The notes under the pieces were generated by a model. That model was not told where the DNA came from. It worked only from the letters and a program-made list of their open reading frames with translations, and made no database searches. A DNA stretch of 55,445 bases, filler included, from Sphacelaria rigidula (Eukaryota): assembly GCA_964200075.2 (NCBI GenBank). It is 5 parts of 5 records of this genome, joined end to end, with 100 filler letters (N's around TTAATTAATTAA, not from the genome) between each part and the next. Parts side by side here need not be neighbours in the genome. Positions count along the whole stretch, not along the records: positions 11,111 to 22,120 come from CAXNAA020005541.1; positions 22,221 to 33,229 come from CAXNAA020005542.1; 3 more parts are not named here. The stretch is one strand, 5' to 3'. Both the position numbers and the translations under genes were made by a program. Below, one piece after another: positions 13,863 to 26,704 of the stretch (position 1 is its first letter; each line of letters opens with the position of its first letter).

Positions 13863-14045
13863 TGGTTTCAACTTGACCTGAAGAGCTCTTGCACTGCTGA
13901 CTGGTGGAGGAGATTCTATCGCCTGATCCTCAAATCACTGGATTATGACCAGTTGCTGGACTTTCACGGGACTGTCACAGTCCGAACTCGATTATACGAT
14001 CCATTCCAACATGTGATACATATAAAGCACGAGGTTGCGGAGACG
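13863..14045. promoter_or_regulatory. Probable bidirectional promoter/5'UTR region between divergent AIM24 and CpcT-like genes
   Basis: The predicted start codons (13862 minus, 14046 plus) are only 183 bp apart; this depends on the inferred CpcT exon 1. Confidence 0.5.
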
Positions 14046-17000
14046 ATGCTTGTCGAACAGCTAGCATTTCTCGCGTGGGCCCTACCCGTGGCATCTCTGG
14101 TGAATCCTCGACTTAACAAGCCAACTTGTTTCAACTTTTCAGCAGTGAGTGATATCCTGGTTGGAATTGTAGAATCCGCCGGAAACATTCCCGCGCGACC
14201 TGGGCACAAGAGTACTGCTGGTAGTACCACCGTACTGAATGTGGGCACTTTAGACAGACCGACGCCCGTGCACTACAGAACAAGAAGCATCTTATTCGAG
14301 AGCTATGTATGAACAGTGCGGTGCGGTATGAACACATTATAGAGATTAAATATCGACGGCCATAAAGCAATGTTGCAGTTTGCGGGTAGTCCTATGCTGA
14401 GAAGTTGGTACAACTGCAGTTATCGGAACCTGCCTGTGTACAGTATTAATAGTAGCCTACTTTCGAAAGGGGCACCGCCTATGTTGGGATATTTCTCGCT
14501 ATACTCTTCGATCGAAGTTGAAGTTGATACGGTAGCGTCGACAGATTTTGGTGAAATAAACAGATTGTCTTCACCCTCAGTGCCCAAGTTAGTGCTAGTC
14601 AATGTAATCGGGCGATACTAGAAGATACTCTGTTTATCTAGGAGGGTGTTATTGACCGTGAAACACTGTTATTCGGCTGTAGTGCAAAAATTAGGTAAAT
14701 TAAAGGGGAAAAACCTTTTCATTTCTTCACAAGTACGATCGGGACAGGCTTGATCGACCGAAAGTACCGAAGAGTCGAATAGTCAGAATATGGGGCTGAA
14801 AAGTGGCAGGACCCCTGATGACCGGTATGCCCTTAAATCGCCCATATTGAGTACAGATGGACTTTTCCCCCTGGATTGTGGGGCGAATACTAGTATCTTC
14901 AGGTCCCCAATGTGACGAGCGGTGGCAAGCGGAAGAACGTAAGAAAATCGCCAATTACGAAGAAATCACCAAATTTCTCACGGTGTGCTGATGCTGTCCA
15001 TCTAGTGCGATTAACCATGTAGTTCATCACTCGTGTTGCTCGCGTTTCAAATGAGTTTTTTTTTTCCGGGCTCTATGCCGGAGAAACCAGTCGTTTTGTG
15101 TACTTCGAAGTAATACATTGCTGCAGCTCATGTACTGTAGTGTTGTCAACCCGTATCTGACTGGGAAATGAGACAACTGGAACGTGGAAGGTGTGAGTTC
15201 GTGACAAGAATTCGCGAGTACGAAATATTATTTCTTGCTGAGAGGCTTGGTCTCTAACCTCTTCAAAGCTGGCGTCAAAAATGCACTTTGAACTTGGGGT
15301 ACTGTACTGTGCTTCTCACGAGCTCACGTAGTAGGGAGATGATATCATAATAACCATGTTCGTTTTACAGTTATCGTAATTAATCCCCGTCCCGTAGTGG
15401 AAGAAGTTAGCCTACCGAAACATGCATCGGCCTTCTCCCTTGGACTACCTGGGTGGGTCACATGTCGAGCAGGCATCATTTTTTCTCGAAAAATGAATGA
15501 AAGACTCAGATGACTCACTCTGGCGGTCAAGGCGTTCGGTACATGCATCGACCGCTGGGAGGTCACACAGAAGGTGCTATGCTCGCCGATGAACGACACG
15601 AAAGCTTTCTGCTCTCCGACAATAAACGCCCTCTGTACCCTACGATACTATCTTCATCGCATGGCGTACTTTACACTTTCCAGTTGCAGTGCAAGGTGCT
15701 CTGTGACACTAACACAAGGTAGTACTGGCGCATAGCGGTCCTCTTCCTCCCCGACTTCAATTCCACCTCAGAAGCAGAAATATTGGTCACCTGTGCCACG
15801 GCCACTCTCGCTGCTCGATTGGCAGCAAACACCACGATGGAGGCACGCGAGGATTACACGACAAGCTTTGTCGCATATCCAAAAATTGGGGGGCAACCGA
15901 TGCTCAGCGACAACGGAAGAGCCTCCTTCAGCGGAAGTGTTGGTCTCTGACCTGTTGCAGTGTTTCCAGGGCGAGTTCGACAATTACGATCAGGTTCGAG
16001 TTTCACGGGTTCTATGGTCGGGCCCGCATACGCCACCGACGTTGCCTTCCTGCGATCCTCGGCTCGTTTTCGAACACCGTTTGCAATGTGCTACCCCGAT
16101 ATGTGTGAATATTTCATTCACTGCTGGTCATGTTGGCCCTTTTTTGTTTGTCCTCGTTTTTTTTTTTTCTCCTGTGTTTACTTCATTGGCAAAGGTGATG
16201 TGTTTATTTTACCACACCCCGACCAAACCGGAGGGAAGCTTGTTCTCTCCTGTTTTCTTCACGTCTCTATCTCATAGTTTTTTTGTTCGTTATTTTTCTG
16301 TATTTTCGGAGTCTCAGAGGAAGCAATGAGCGCTTTATCTCATATAAGGAGAGCAGTGACGGCACTGGAAAGGCGAGCCTATGTCTGTGAGCATGGGTAC
16401 GACAGATCGGGCTAGTGTGCAGAAATAGCAATAGTAATAGTAATATTAATAATAATGAGAAGAACAACAACAATGATGAATAAGATACAAGTAATAAATT
16501 GTTGGCCAAGATGTGTATGGTCAACGCATATCCAACAACAGCAGACGTAAATGCCTCTTGTACGGACGGCAGCGGGTGAAAAAATGCAGTTTTAGAAAAT
16601 CGCGGCGGGCCGGCACCTGCAAGGTAGCATGTGTTGCGGAAGTTTAGGTGGTCGCTTGCGTGTGCACACTCAGTTCAGAGGGTCACCGCGGGTGTAATGA
16701 TTTAATCGAAGCACATGTGTACCACGAGCGTTCTGTGTCCTCTCCGAATATCTAGCAACTAACCCTGAATCGACCCACCGGCCGTGCACCAGGTGGTCAA
16801 AGATCGTGCGGCAGGATTGGCCGCCGGTCCCGGCGGAGGACATGAACACATCCATTGCAGTCTCAAGGTAGTGGATGAGAGCCTGCTGCCAAAACAAATA
16901 TTGAGACAGCAACAAAGTCGGGATCGGCTGGTATCAACAGGCTCTTCTGCGGTTGAAGGAGGGGAAGGGGGAAGGGGGGCCGAGCGAGGTGGTGGTTGTA

Positions 17001-18321
17001 GTCAGAGGGGAGGAGAGGGTGGGACAGTCAACGAGGAACAAGAAGGGGAACGACCACTTGCGGTCGTGGCTGCCAAGTACTTTTTCAACGGAGACGCTGC
17101 GATTGTGTTCCGATATCGGCTCTACAGCTTTCATCGATGTCCGGTGAGTGTCATTGACTTCGGATTGAGTTGCTCAGATTTAGGGAGGTCTGAAGGGTGA
17201 GCTAGCTCTGACGGTGCGAACATATTTTCGCCGCCGTTCCTCCTGCCATCCACGACTTTTCCCACGCTTCATAAAGATCATGACCTGCAACATGATGCGG
17301 AATACCCATCACTAGTAATAAATGGCAATATGAACTTTGTGAGTGTTACCAGACTGTGTACTCTGTACCCTTTTTTTTTGAGCCGCCCTGCGTGTTTGAA
17401 TACGTGATATAACACGGTGCACTCATGACTCGAGGTGGAAGTCAACCAGACGGTGGTCCGCTCAAACATCCGTTCGGGGTGGTTGAGTCCATGACCGAAT
17501 ACTAAGTTCGTAGCGGTGCATGTGCTTAGCGTGCCTAGTCTTTATAAACGATTCGTGTGTCTGTGAATACACAGGACGAAGCAAACATGGGGCGAGGCAA
17601 CGTCATGATGAGGCTATGGCGATTGACCCCCAGCATCGAGTCACGCCTCCGCGCTGCGGGCTATGACCTTACGAATTTTCAGTGGCGGCCGGAAGAAGCT
17701 CACGAAGAAGTAGGCAAGCGATCAATAGGGGATGTCACAGATAGCGCCGCTGAAGATAGTACTGAGAGTGCTCGGGGCGAGGTCGCAGAATGTATGCACG
17801 GTTGCGAGATATACTGGAGTCGGGGAGAGCTCGGATCGACGACCGAAAATAACCAAGTGGTGGCAACACAGCATGATGATGATGTGAACGAGAGTGACCC
17901 AGATGTAGGGTTGGTAAATCATCATGGAGCTGCGGTTGCCACGTCAGCACGGATGGATCAATGCGCGTTTGTAGGGTTGATGGGAAAAGACGACGAAGGC
18001 ACATGGGTGGCGTCCCAGCACGTCCAAGGACTTGACATTTTAATAAAGGACGATTTGAAGGTTTGGCGTGACCGACTGTGGGTGAATGACCGAGGATTCG
18101 ATCGCGACGGAAAGTTCGTGTACGGCAATCAGCGTGGCGTGCCCTACAAACTTACGCGCGTTGACCCTAACGATGGAAATGACCCGCTGAGATGGACTCT
18201 AGGGAAGGAGCACAGGACACCCGAGCTGTATGCTCAAAAAATGTCCGACATCGGTGTTGCGCCAGGACAGAGATTTGGACCTCCCCCTTCGGGCGGTTTT
18301 AGGGGAGAGAAGGGACGATGA
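14046..18321 (+). CDS. CpcT/CpeT-family (T-type bilin lyase / CRUMPLED LEAF-like) protein, 4 exons, probably plastid-targeted, ~472 aa
   Basis: Exons 14046-14144 (inferred first exon, signal-peptide-like MLVEQLAFLAWALPVAS-LVNP, GTGAGT donor), 15772-15993 (alternative acceptor 15736), 16793-17143 and 17575-18321, all phase 0. Motifs FQGEFDNYDQ, HEHIH, FRYRLYSF, GCEIYW and LWVNDRGFDRDGKFVYGN...PYKLTR fit the CpcT/CpeT family. Exon 1 is less certain than exons 2-4. Confidence 0.85.
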
Positions 18322-19512
18322 ACAACTAACAGATCCTGGAAGAATGCGTAGAAGTCTAGCGGTAGTGGTTTGTGTTGCATTTCTAGTCTTGCGTTTCACT
18401 CGCGCAGTGAAGGTAGAGCTATCGCAGGAGTTGCAGGTGACGATAGCGTTTTCCTTGCTCTTCGAGGAGTGTGGGAGGCGATAGAATATCAGAACGTGGA
18501 ATTATAGAGAGAAGAAAGTGGCTCGCAATTGGTTTATTTGTCAGGATATATATGTATACTTCGAAGTATATACTTCCTTTGTCTCATAAGTCTGGGCACT
18601 TATCGGCGTTCAATCGTTTGGATATTTCAACGTTGACGATCATCCTGTGGTTGAGTTCGTTAGAGGGGTAAAGCGCGGACGAAGCTGATGGAGGAAAAAA
18701 AACGTTTTTTTCCTTTCATCACTAAAATGTCGAAATATACCCCCATTATGACCCTGTTTGATCCATTTATACCCCATCATTGGCCGATTTTGGACGTTTT
18801 CACGTCAAGCACCAGCAGTCACATGCTAACAAAATGTTTGAAGGGGCGCGCGTAAGTTAACATCACGGACATGTCCAAAATCAATGGTGGTCTCGCGATT
18901 TTCAATTTTTCTGGCCCATTTTTCGCGATTTTTCGTGTTCCCGGATCTCTCATGCTTTCCCGGGAAAACGAGCGAAAAATGGCCGATTTTGGACCGACCA
19001 ACTTTCTCTCGGCCGCGCGGCTGCATAGGTCAAGCACCCACGTCGTAGAAACAATGTTGGATGTAGCTAAAAAACGCCGACGAATGCAATAAAAAGATAA
19101 AAAATCAAGTATCACACCGTTAAGGGCACGGTACAACCATAAGTGCCCAGACTTATGAGACAGAGGAAGTATATATTATTGAACTCTGATGGGCCAATAC
19201 TCCTTGCTTGGCGTTCGACGTCATCCGCGTCCAAGACTATAAAATGTAACACGAATCACTCATATCTTTCGTGTACGGTAATTGGAAAAGTTGCAGATAA
19301 ACACAGGAGAGTGTACGATCATGCCAAGGGAACTGTACAAAAATACGTACTATTTCCGTCTGGCGTCCATCTTCGCCTCCAATATTCAAGAGGTCGTGCG
19401 AGTCTGAGCAAGCTTGCCGGTATCAACAGCGACATGTCCCAAGGCGATATGATAATGGGTTATATTTTATGAAACATGTTTCAAGTGCCCTTTTACTCTT
19501 AAAAGAGACCCA

Positions 19513-20039
19513 CCCCCAGTATCACCTGAAGATATTCGGCGGGGTGAGCGAAGGACTAGGGATGAAAGTATATCGGCATGGCCTAATGGACTCCGTAAAA
19601 AAAATGAAACAACGATTTCGAGTGGGAGACTTGGACCTGCCACAAAGAAGGAAGATGGATACCAGTAGTTGACTGGAGGAGGAAGTAGATGCACAGAACT
19701 GCCTCTGTGGCAAAGGAATAGAGAGTAGAACTCATATAGAGACAAAATGTGAACTATGCAGGAAGGAACGGAACGTGCTAGAGGGGGGAAATGTAGAAGG
19801 TAAATGAAGATAGCATGAAATTGTTCGATACATGAGACAGTAGCGAGAAAATGATCGCTATACCAGGAGATGGATGGTGGGCACAGATGGCGAATCAGGA
19901 AGAGGATAATATATGTACAAGAGTCTTTCCACGATAGTCTCCCCACATAAGTGCTCCGTCTCGACGTACATACATGGTCAAGGGTCAAACGACGAAGAAG
20001 GCAAGCAACAAATGAATATGCCCCCTCACTTCCCCCCCC
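19513..20039 (+). mobile_element. 3' fragment of LINE family A with CCHC motif
   Basis: Decayed frame ..RFRVGDLDLPQRR..NCLCGKGIESRTHIETKCELC..GDGWW.., an internal deletion near 19925-19950, then the family A terminus and a C-rich tail. Confidence 0.8.
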
Positions 20040-20289
20040 GGAGAAAACAAAAATCGCTGGTTTGGGGAGGCAAAATCCACACGTGAATCGAAATGAAAAA
20101 AGCCGAGCACGACGAGCGGGTGGGAATTGCCACGCTTGGGTTCGTTTCTGCCGATGTTCCCCACATGAGGCGATTCATGCAGCCTGGAAGCAAACATGAG
20201 GTGCTGTATGACCATTTTTGTCGTGACAGTTTTGGGCGGGTTTTAGGGGAGGGCTATCGTACAAGGTGAAAGCTAAAAAAAATCGTGTT

Positions 20290-20448
20290 ATGTATGGAAG
20301 AAACGCAATGAGCTCCCAAACGCCGGACATATCTCTATCAGGAGTAGGAGCGGTGCTGCGTCTCGCAAGGGATGGATGCGTGATGCGCGGTCAATGGTCA
20401 AACGACTAGGGCAAGCAAAAAATGAGTACGCCCCCCCCCCTTCCCCCC
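20290..20448 (+). mobile_element. Truncated LINE family A copy
   Basis: ..GGTCAATGGTCAAACGACTAGGGCAAGCAAAAAATGAGTACG followed by C10-TT-C6. Confidence 0.8.
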
Positions 20449-21325
20449 AAATTTTTCACGAGAACCCTCGTAATTCTCCAGAAAAAAAAAGGCCCTCTTT
20501 TTTTATTTTCAGCACGACTTCGCGATTCTACATGCTAAATTCCAAATCACAATTCTTAAAATTGAGCTGAAAGCCGAGATAAGGGTCAAGAGCAATTTTC
20601 ATTTTCCCTTGAAATCTCCCACAACCGATTTTTTTTTGAGAAAAATCTCTAGGGGCTGAAGTTTTTTTTTCCTAAAAGAGAAGATGTCACAAATTGGGCA
20701 TGGATTTTTCATTGAGGATGAGAAAACCGGAGAAATAAAAGCTTCGTATCCACACCAAATCTTCGAAATATGGTTCCATTTCTTCACTTGCTGGTATATA
20801 AAACATATGTGCTCGTTATATTACATATTAAAACATATGAAGGAGCAGAAGCAAATATACACCCGGCGAAGCCCACCAGACTTCATTAATATTCATTGAT
20901 CAATTTCTTGCAACAAAGTTGACAGAAAAATATCCAAAAGAACCAGGATAACTTTTGAAGAAACGCCCTGCGGCATCTGGGTCATCGGGACAGAGCCGGC
21001 AAGGAGCAGAAGCAGATATACGAACCCCGCGAAGCCCTCCAGACTTTCCGTTTTTGTCATTGTTTATTGATGAATTTATTGTAACAAAAATAACAGAAAA
21101 AAATCAAACCAGTATTTGTTGATCAATTTCTTGCGACGAAGTTGACAGAAGAAATATTGACCATTTCCGAAAAAATACCCCCGGTGGGGGGGGGGGGGGG
21201 GGGGAGAGGGGGGAAGGGAGGTAGGGGGGGGGGATGGGGGGGGGAAAAGCCGCAGGTATGGGNNNNNNNNNNAGACTTTTAATAAAATAGGCCGGGGGGG
21301 GGGGGGGGGGGGGGGGGGGGCTACG

Positions 21326-21583
21326 GAGTAATGCTGCGATAGGGTCTGCACTTTTGGGGCCAAAACCGGCCTGATTCAGGGGTTCCTAAAATTAGGAACT
21401 ACTCAAGAATATGGGTGAGGATATCCCCGTTTGCAAATTCATTCGGGATATCCCTAGCAAATTGGAAGAAAAACCCTGGCGTACTCTCACCTATTTCAAA
21501 AGTCGTGTTTTGGATGAGATAAAGGGTTCCTAACAATTCTAATCTCAGGTCGTGAAAGTGCTGACCCTATCGCAGCATCTCTC
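21326..21583. mobile_element. Sola-like MITE
   Basis: ~29-bp TIRs GAGTAATGCTGCGATAGGGTCTGCACTTT / AAAGTGCTGACCCTATCGCAGCATCTCTC, GAG..CTC termini and a 4-bp TSD TACG. Confidence 0.75.
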
Positions 21584-22120
21584 TACGTGTCCAATTTTTT
21601 ATTCCGCGCTGCCCCCTGGTCGTGGCCACAATCACGTGGGGATTCCGCAAGTAGTGACAACCGGTCGGAGTCGAAAGAGTGGGACTCCGATTCGTTCAAC
21701 CAGTGCTCCAAATGATTCCGAGGTGGGTGTGTAATACGACCTGTTTGGGTTCCCATTTCTTCGTGTAAAGCAAAACGTGTCCAACTGTGACAACATGCTT
21801 CAACCAAGACTCGCACGGTTCGAACGAATCATCGCCGGTTCGAATCACCCAGTCAACGGCTTTTCAGGCCTGATTTCTCAGCAAAGAGATAAAAGGTGAC
21901 CGCTGGTCAAAAAAAAGTCTCGACGCCTTTTTTGCGCCATTCCACATGCCTGGGCTAGGCGTACCTGGGTTTCAACGCTGGAAACAAAGACGACGGATTT
22001 ATTCGTACGGTACGAATAAATACACTAAAATCAAGTAATTCCCAGACAAATCTTTACCAACAGTAGTTTCGTGAGATTGAGAGTCTACGATACGATTGAG
22101 AGTAGGCTTTTCATTCGATT

Positions 22121-22220
22121 NNNNNNNNNNNNNNNNNNNNNNNNNNNNNNNNNNNNNNNNNNNNTTAATTAATTAANNNNNNNNNNNNNNNNNNNNNNNN
22201 NNNNNNNNNNNNNNNNNNNN
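22121..22220. other. Artificial scaffold linker
   Basis: Same 100-bp spacer. Confidence 0.97.
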
Positions 22221-22435
22221 GGGGGGCCCGCACAAAAGGGGGTGGCACCGCGGGGGGGGGGGGGGGGGGGGGGTATGAGAAATCAAACACTTGTGGAGAC
22301 CTTTTTGACACTCTTGAGATGCGGAATGAAAAGGATATCTATCGTGATGACCGAACTGCTGCTAGCGTGGTGCAGAGGGGTGCGTCCATGCTGCAATCTG
22401 GAGCAGCACTAGCTGCGTGAACACCTCGGTACAGT

Positions 22436-24200
22436 TAGATATGCTAATCAAGGCCAAAACATTTAGGATTTGTTTTCAAAAAGTGTGTAAGATCTTCCTG
22501 ATGGAAAATCGCACAAGCCAATGAGATGGGAATAATCCACCCAGTCGATCGGCGAAGAAGCGAATGGCCCGCCCGGTCGGTTGGGAAAAGAGGCGCAAAA
22601 GACCATCTGCACCCATGATACGCACATCTTCCTGCTGCATCGCATCGCCCGTACGGTCTGTTCATCATTCATTTCACGTCAAAACTGTGACAATGCAACA
22701 CAGATGACCCACCCTGGGGGTGCCCGCCTGTATAGGTCGAGACAAAGCCGATCGAAAACCCACAGTGCAATGCTTTGTATTTCAGTACGGTGTTGTCTTC
22801 TCCCTTCCGCCACCCGTTACCTTCGTTCCTCTTGTCTATGGGTATCAACAAGGTTCAGATTACACGAAACCCTCCGACACCGCCATCCCTTCCTGCCTCT
22901 AGTTGCAAAGAAGTCCTTTGGCTACGGTGGGTATTCATTTTTTGAAGTAAATATTAAGCCCATACAAAAACAACTGACCCACCATGGGGGGGCTGCCGTC
23001 TGTGTGAATAGACAAAGCCGAAGTGCACCGTACAGCGCAGTACAATCAGTACAGCACAGCACAGTACAAGACAATGTTATCTTCTCTGTGGCCCCCGCCG
23101 CATTCCTCCCTTCTTCTGTGGGTATCGTTGAGTATCGGATTACTTCTTTGGAGATCGTTACTCCTTCCGCCCGCTCTAAACGTGACGCTTGATCTCCAGG
23201 ATGATGTCTTGTGTTTATTTTTCAAGTCAAAATCTCTGGACACGGTCGCCTCTTCCGAAATAACCGACACTAAAGTTAAACTCTCCGACCCTGAATTGGG
23301 TCATCTGGGTTTTGCGTGCATTTTTCAAGCGAAAAGTATGCCGACAAAAGATATGCCCGACCCTGGGTTGGGTGGAGGGTGAGTGACACTTGTCCGTGTA
23401 TTCCCAATGTACAAGCTCAAGTCGCAGCGGACGGAGGCTGTAGACGCGGTGCGGCGAACATGGTGGTACCAATACGATTACACCACAGACGAAAAGGAGA
23501 GCACAATTCGGTGACCATGATGTTGTCTGTTCCAGGACACGCCATGCTTTTTGCCCTGGGTTCCTTGTGCGGCTGTGTATACAAGTAGCGGAGCTTTCCG
23601 AGACAGAAAGTGTCTGAGTGTATCATATTTGCACATGCGCACGCACCGAACTGAAGTTACTCCGCGACCGATTCAGATCTGCCCCCCCACGTTTCCCCCG
23701 AGCCCTTTCTGGCTGTCATTATTTTTCACTTGAAGTTATTGGGGACGGTGCGTTCCTTAAAACATAGTTCATCGAGGGATTGGTTATATCCGGGTGGTTC
23801 TCCACGGTTACGTGCGCGATTCGAGCGCCGATTGTTGCGTTGGGTCCTCCCAATCCCGATGCACCATACTGCAGCGGCCGTTTTAAGGCACGTCCCGCGG
23901 TCAGATCAGTAAGCCGGAAAATGCATATTTTTTTCAGGTTTAGAGTGTACGCCTTCAAAGCAGGAGGACAAGGCCACTGCTATAGGGTGCGTGTGGATGG
24001 TCAGCAACAGGATGTAGGGTGTGAACAGGGAGGGTGTTGCCTGCGCGCGCAACCAACTCGTCAAGAGATTGAATTGTAAAAGCAAGTGTATTTGGGCGGG
24101 GCATCCTAGGACAAGAAAGGACAAGGGGAATCCGTGTCTGTGGTCGTTATGATTTCCTCGAACAGCTCATTCACTTTTTTTGCCCCGATTAGCATGTCTA
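22436..24200. mobile_element. 1.77-kb non-autonomous TIR element nested in the left foldback arm
   Basis: TIRs TAGATATGCTAATCAAGGCCAAAA / TTTTGCCCCGATTAGCATGTCTA; ACAGT is duplicated at 22431-22435 and 24201-24205 (or CAG if the TIR is 1 nt longer). The opposite arm shows the empty site. Confidence 0.8.
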
Positions 24201-25025
24201 ACAGTAGCTTTCCAAAATTAATCCCGATGTGAGGAGGTCACGCATTACAAGCTGGGGCGAGATATGAACCCATGAGAAACAAGAATGCTCTATGATCCAC
24301 CACTTGACGTTGCATTTGACACCCACGCCATCAACCGTCGACCGCAAAGGTCTCGTGGCTTTCAAGCAACGCTGGCGGCAGTACGAGAGGCAAACCCGAT
24401 CATAGCTAGCTTTCGTTGCTCTGCTGTACTGACTGTCGTCTGCACAGCGGTCACCCACCGTAACAACATGCACCGAATTTTGCAACAGCTGTAAAAACAA
24501 AACAGTTCGATTTTCTCAACTACGTCCACATGGTTTGAAGGACTCGTGCTACCTGAGCGAAAGTGGCCGCTTTGGGTCCGGCCAAACGTGCAAAGATACC
24601 GTCGGACAGCAATACGAAACTTTGCTGGCATTGACATACGGCAATCAGTACAGAACTGAACAAAAATCGACAGTTTAACGTTCTTATTGGAAAGTAACGT
24701 GCATGAAACGGTTTGCAGGTGGGACAACGCGGATTTCCATAGAAGAGAAACTCTCTGTTCCCCCGTGAGTGTGACATGCGCTTGCAAAACTCTGTTGTCG
24801 TTCTTTCATACCTGGCGGGGGGACGGAAAAGCCACCCTTCCTCAGGTATCAAGAGTCCTTCAAATCATGTGGATGTAGTTGATAAAATCGAACTGTTTTG
24901 TTTTTTTCAGATGATGCAAAATTCGGTGAATATTGTTACGGTAAGTGATCTCTGTGCAGACGGCAGTCAGTATAGTAGAGCAACGAAAGCTAGCTATGAT
25001 CGGGTTTGCCTCCCGTACTGCCGGG

Positions 25026-25335
25026 CTTTTTTTTTTTTTTCCTTTTTTTGTCATCATTATTCCATTATATTCCATTTTATTTGCTCTACACTTTCCTCCT
25101 CTTTTCCTTTTATTTTTCCTTTTTGTTTTGGTTCGGCCATTTCAATCTGTGCTTTGCTTTTGCTGACATTCTTTGTTATCATTCTTTGTTATGACTTAGT
25201 CTACTATGTCCTTATGTTCGACCTTTTTTTTAATGTTCCTTTTTTTTCTTCAGCGAGTGTTTTTTTTTAATGTATTTCTTGGATATGCCCATCATGAGAC
25301 CACGGCTGGACCCCTGGAGGGTCCGTTAGAGTGCG

Positions 25336-25372
<37 letters not shown>
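25026..25372 (+). mobile_element. Retroposon 3' fragment with (CAAT)n tail, nested in the right foldback arm
   Basis: Absent from the opposite arm. T-rich body, then ..CATGAGACCACGGCTGGACCCC..GAGTGCGA followed by (CAAT)9. A second copy lies on the minus strand at ~51393-51545. Confidence 0.7.
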
Positions 25373-25373
<1 letters not shown>

Positions 25374-26704
25374 CCGCCAGCGTTGCTTGAAAGCCACGAG
25401 ACCTTTGCGGTAGGCGGTTGATGGCGTGGGCGTCAAATGCAACGACAAGTGGTTCATCATAGAGCACTCTTGTTCCGCGTGGGTTCATATCTCGCCCCAG
25501 CTTGTAATGCATGACCTCCCCACATCGGAATTAATTATGGGAAGCTACTGTATCGAGGTGTTCACGCAGCTAGGGTTGCTCCAGATTGCAGCATGGACGC
25601 ACCCCTCTGCACCACGCTAGCAGCAGTTAGATCACCACGATAGATATCTTTTTCATTCCGCATCTCAAGAGTGTCAAAAAGGTCTCCACAAGTGTTTGAT
25701 TTCTCATCCCCCCCCCCCCCCCCCCCCCCCCCCCGGCTCCCCCCGCCCTTCTGGGGGCCCCCACGACGCCCCAGGCCNNNNNNNNNNTGTCTTTTCCCCC
25801 CCCCCCCCCCCCCAACTGGCGTGTGGCACGCTCTTGTGGTCGGGCACCCAGATGGTCACATGTCGGGTGAAATCAACGATGAATAACTCCGCCCATGTTC
25901 AAATTGGATCTGTTATTGCCCCAGCACCGTCCTTGCTGGCATGTGTGTGACAGAGAACAGTAGCGGTGACGGGAACATCGCCCTGTTTTTCAACGACGTG
26001 TTCTGCAGCGCACAGAGGCGCGTTCTGTCCAATGAGAGAGGCAGAGAGAAATCGATCTTTGCCTTGGTAAGCTCCACAGGCAAGAAGAGACGAGATCCCT
26101 CCGCACCTCGATGTTCTTTGGGGGGCTGTGCGCAGCAATATAACATGCCTATCGGCACATGAGAAATTAGGTAGATGCTGGTAACATGCATGACGCCAGT
26201 CTCTCGAGCGATTGGTAATCGCCGAGCGAGGATACACAAAGGACACGGGCGAGGAACTTCCTCTCTGCCGTTGCTTTTCTCTCTGGTGACATCGTCATCG
26301 ACACGCGTATACACCGCATTCGTTCGGTGCACCTATAGCCACAACTGCTTCACTGCTGCAGACATTTTGGGGGAAATATGGTTTCGCTCTGTGTATCTGT
26401 TTCGCATCATCCGCGCAAAAAAGAGATGTCACTTGAAGCTCATTTTAGGGATCAATCCCATTTTCCAGGATCCACTGTTGTTTGGTGTGACAGTGATGTT
26501 CTCATGAAGTCAGCACAGCAGCATATATATGCATGAAGAATGAGTGTTGACCACAACTTGACACAGACAGCGAGTAGTACAAACAACATAAAACAAAGGT
26601 GACGTTTTTCCGGCTTGCACAGAAGTTCAGAGCAGGAGAAGGGAGCACGCATGCGATACAGCAGAAGACGTTTTTTGGCTCACCTCCCACAGATATGGGT
26701 AACT

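Larger units (their letters stand above)
22221..25777. mobile_element. Foldback-type element with ~550-bp inverted arms, carrying two nested insertions
   Basis: The left arm (22274-22435 plus 24201-~24585) is the reverse complement of the right arm (~24810-25022 plus 25373-25708). Poly-G and poly-C tracts mirror each other at the outer ends. Confidence 0.85.
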
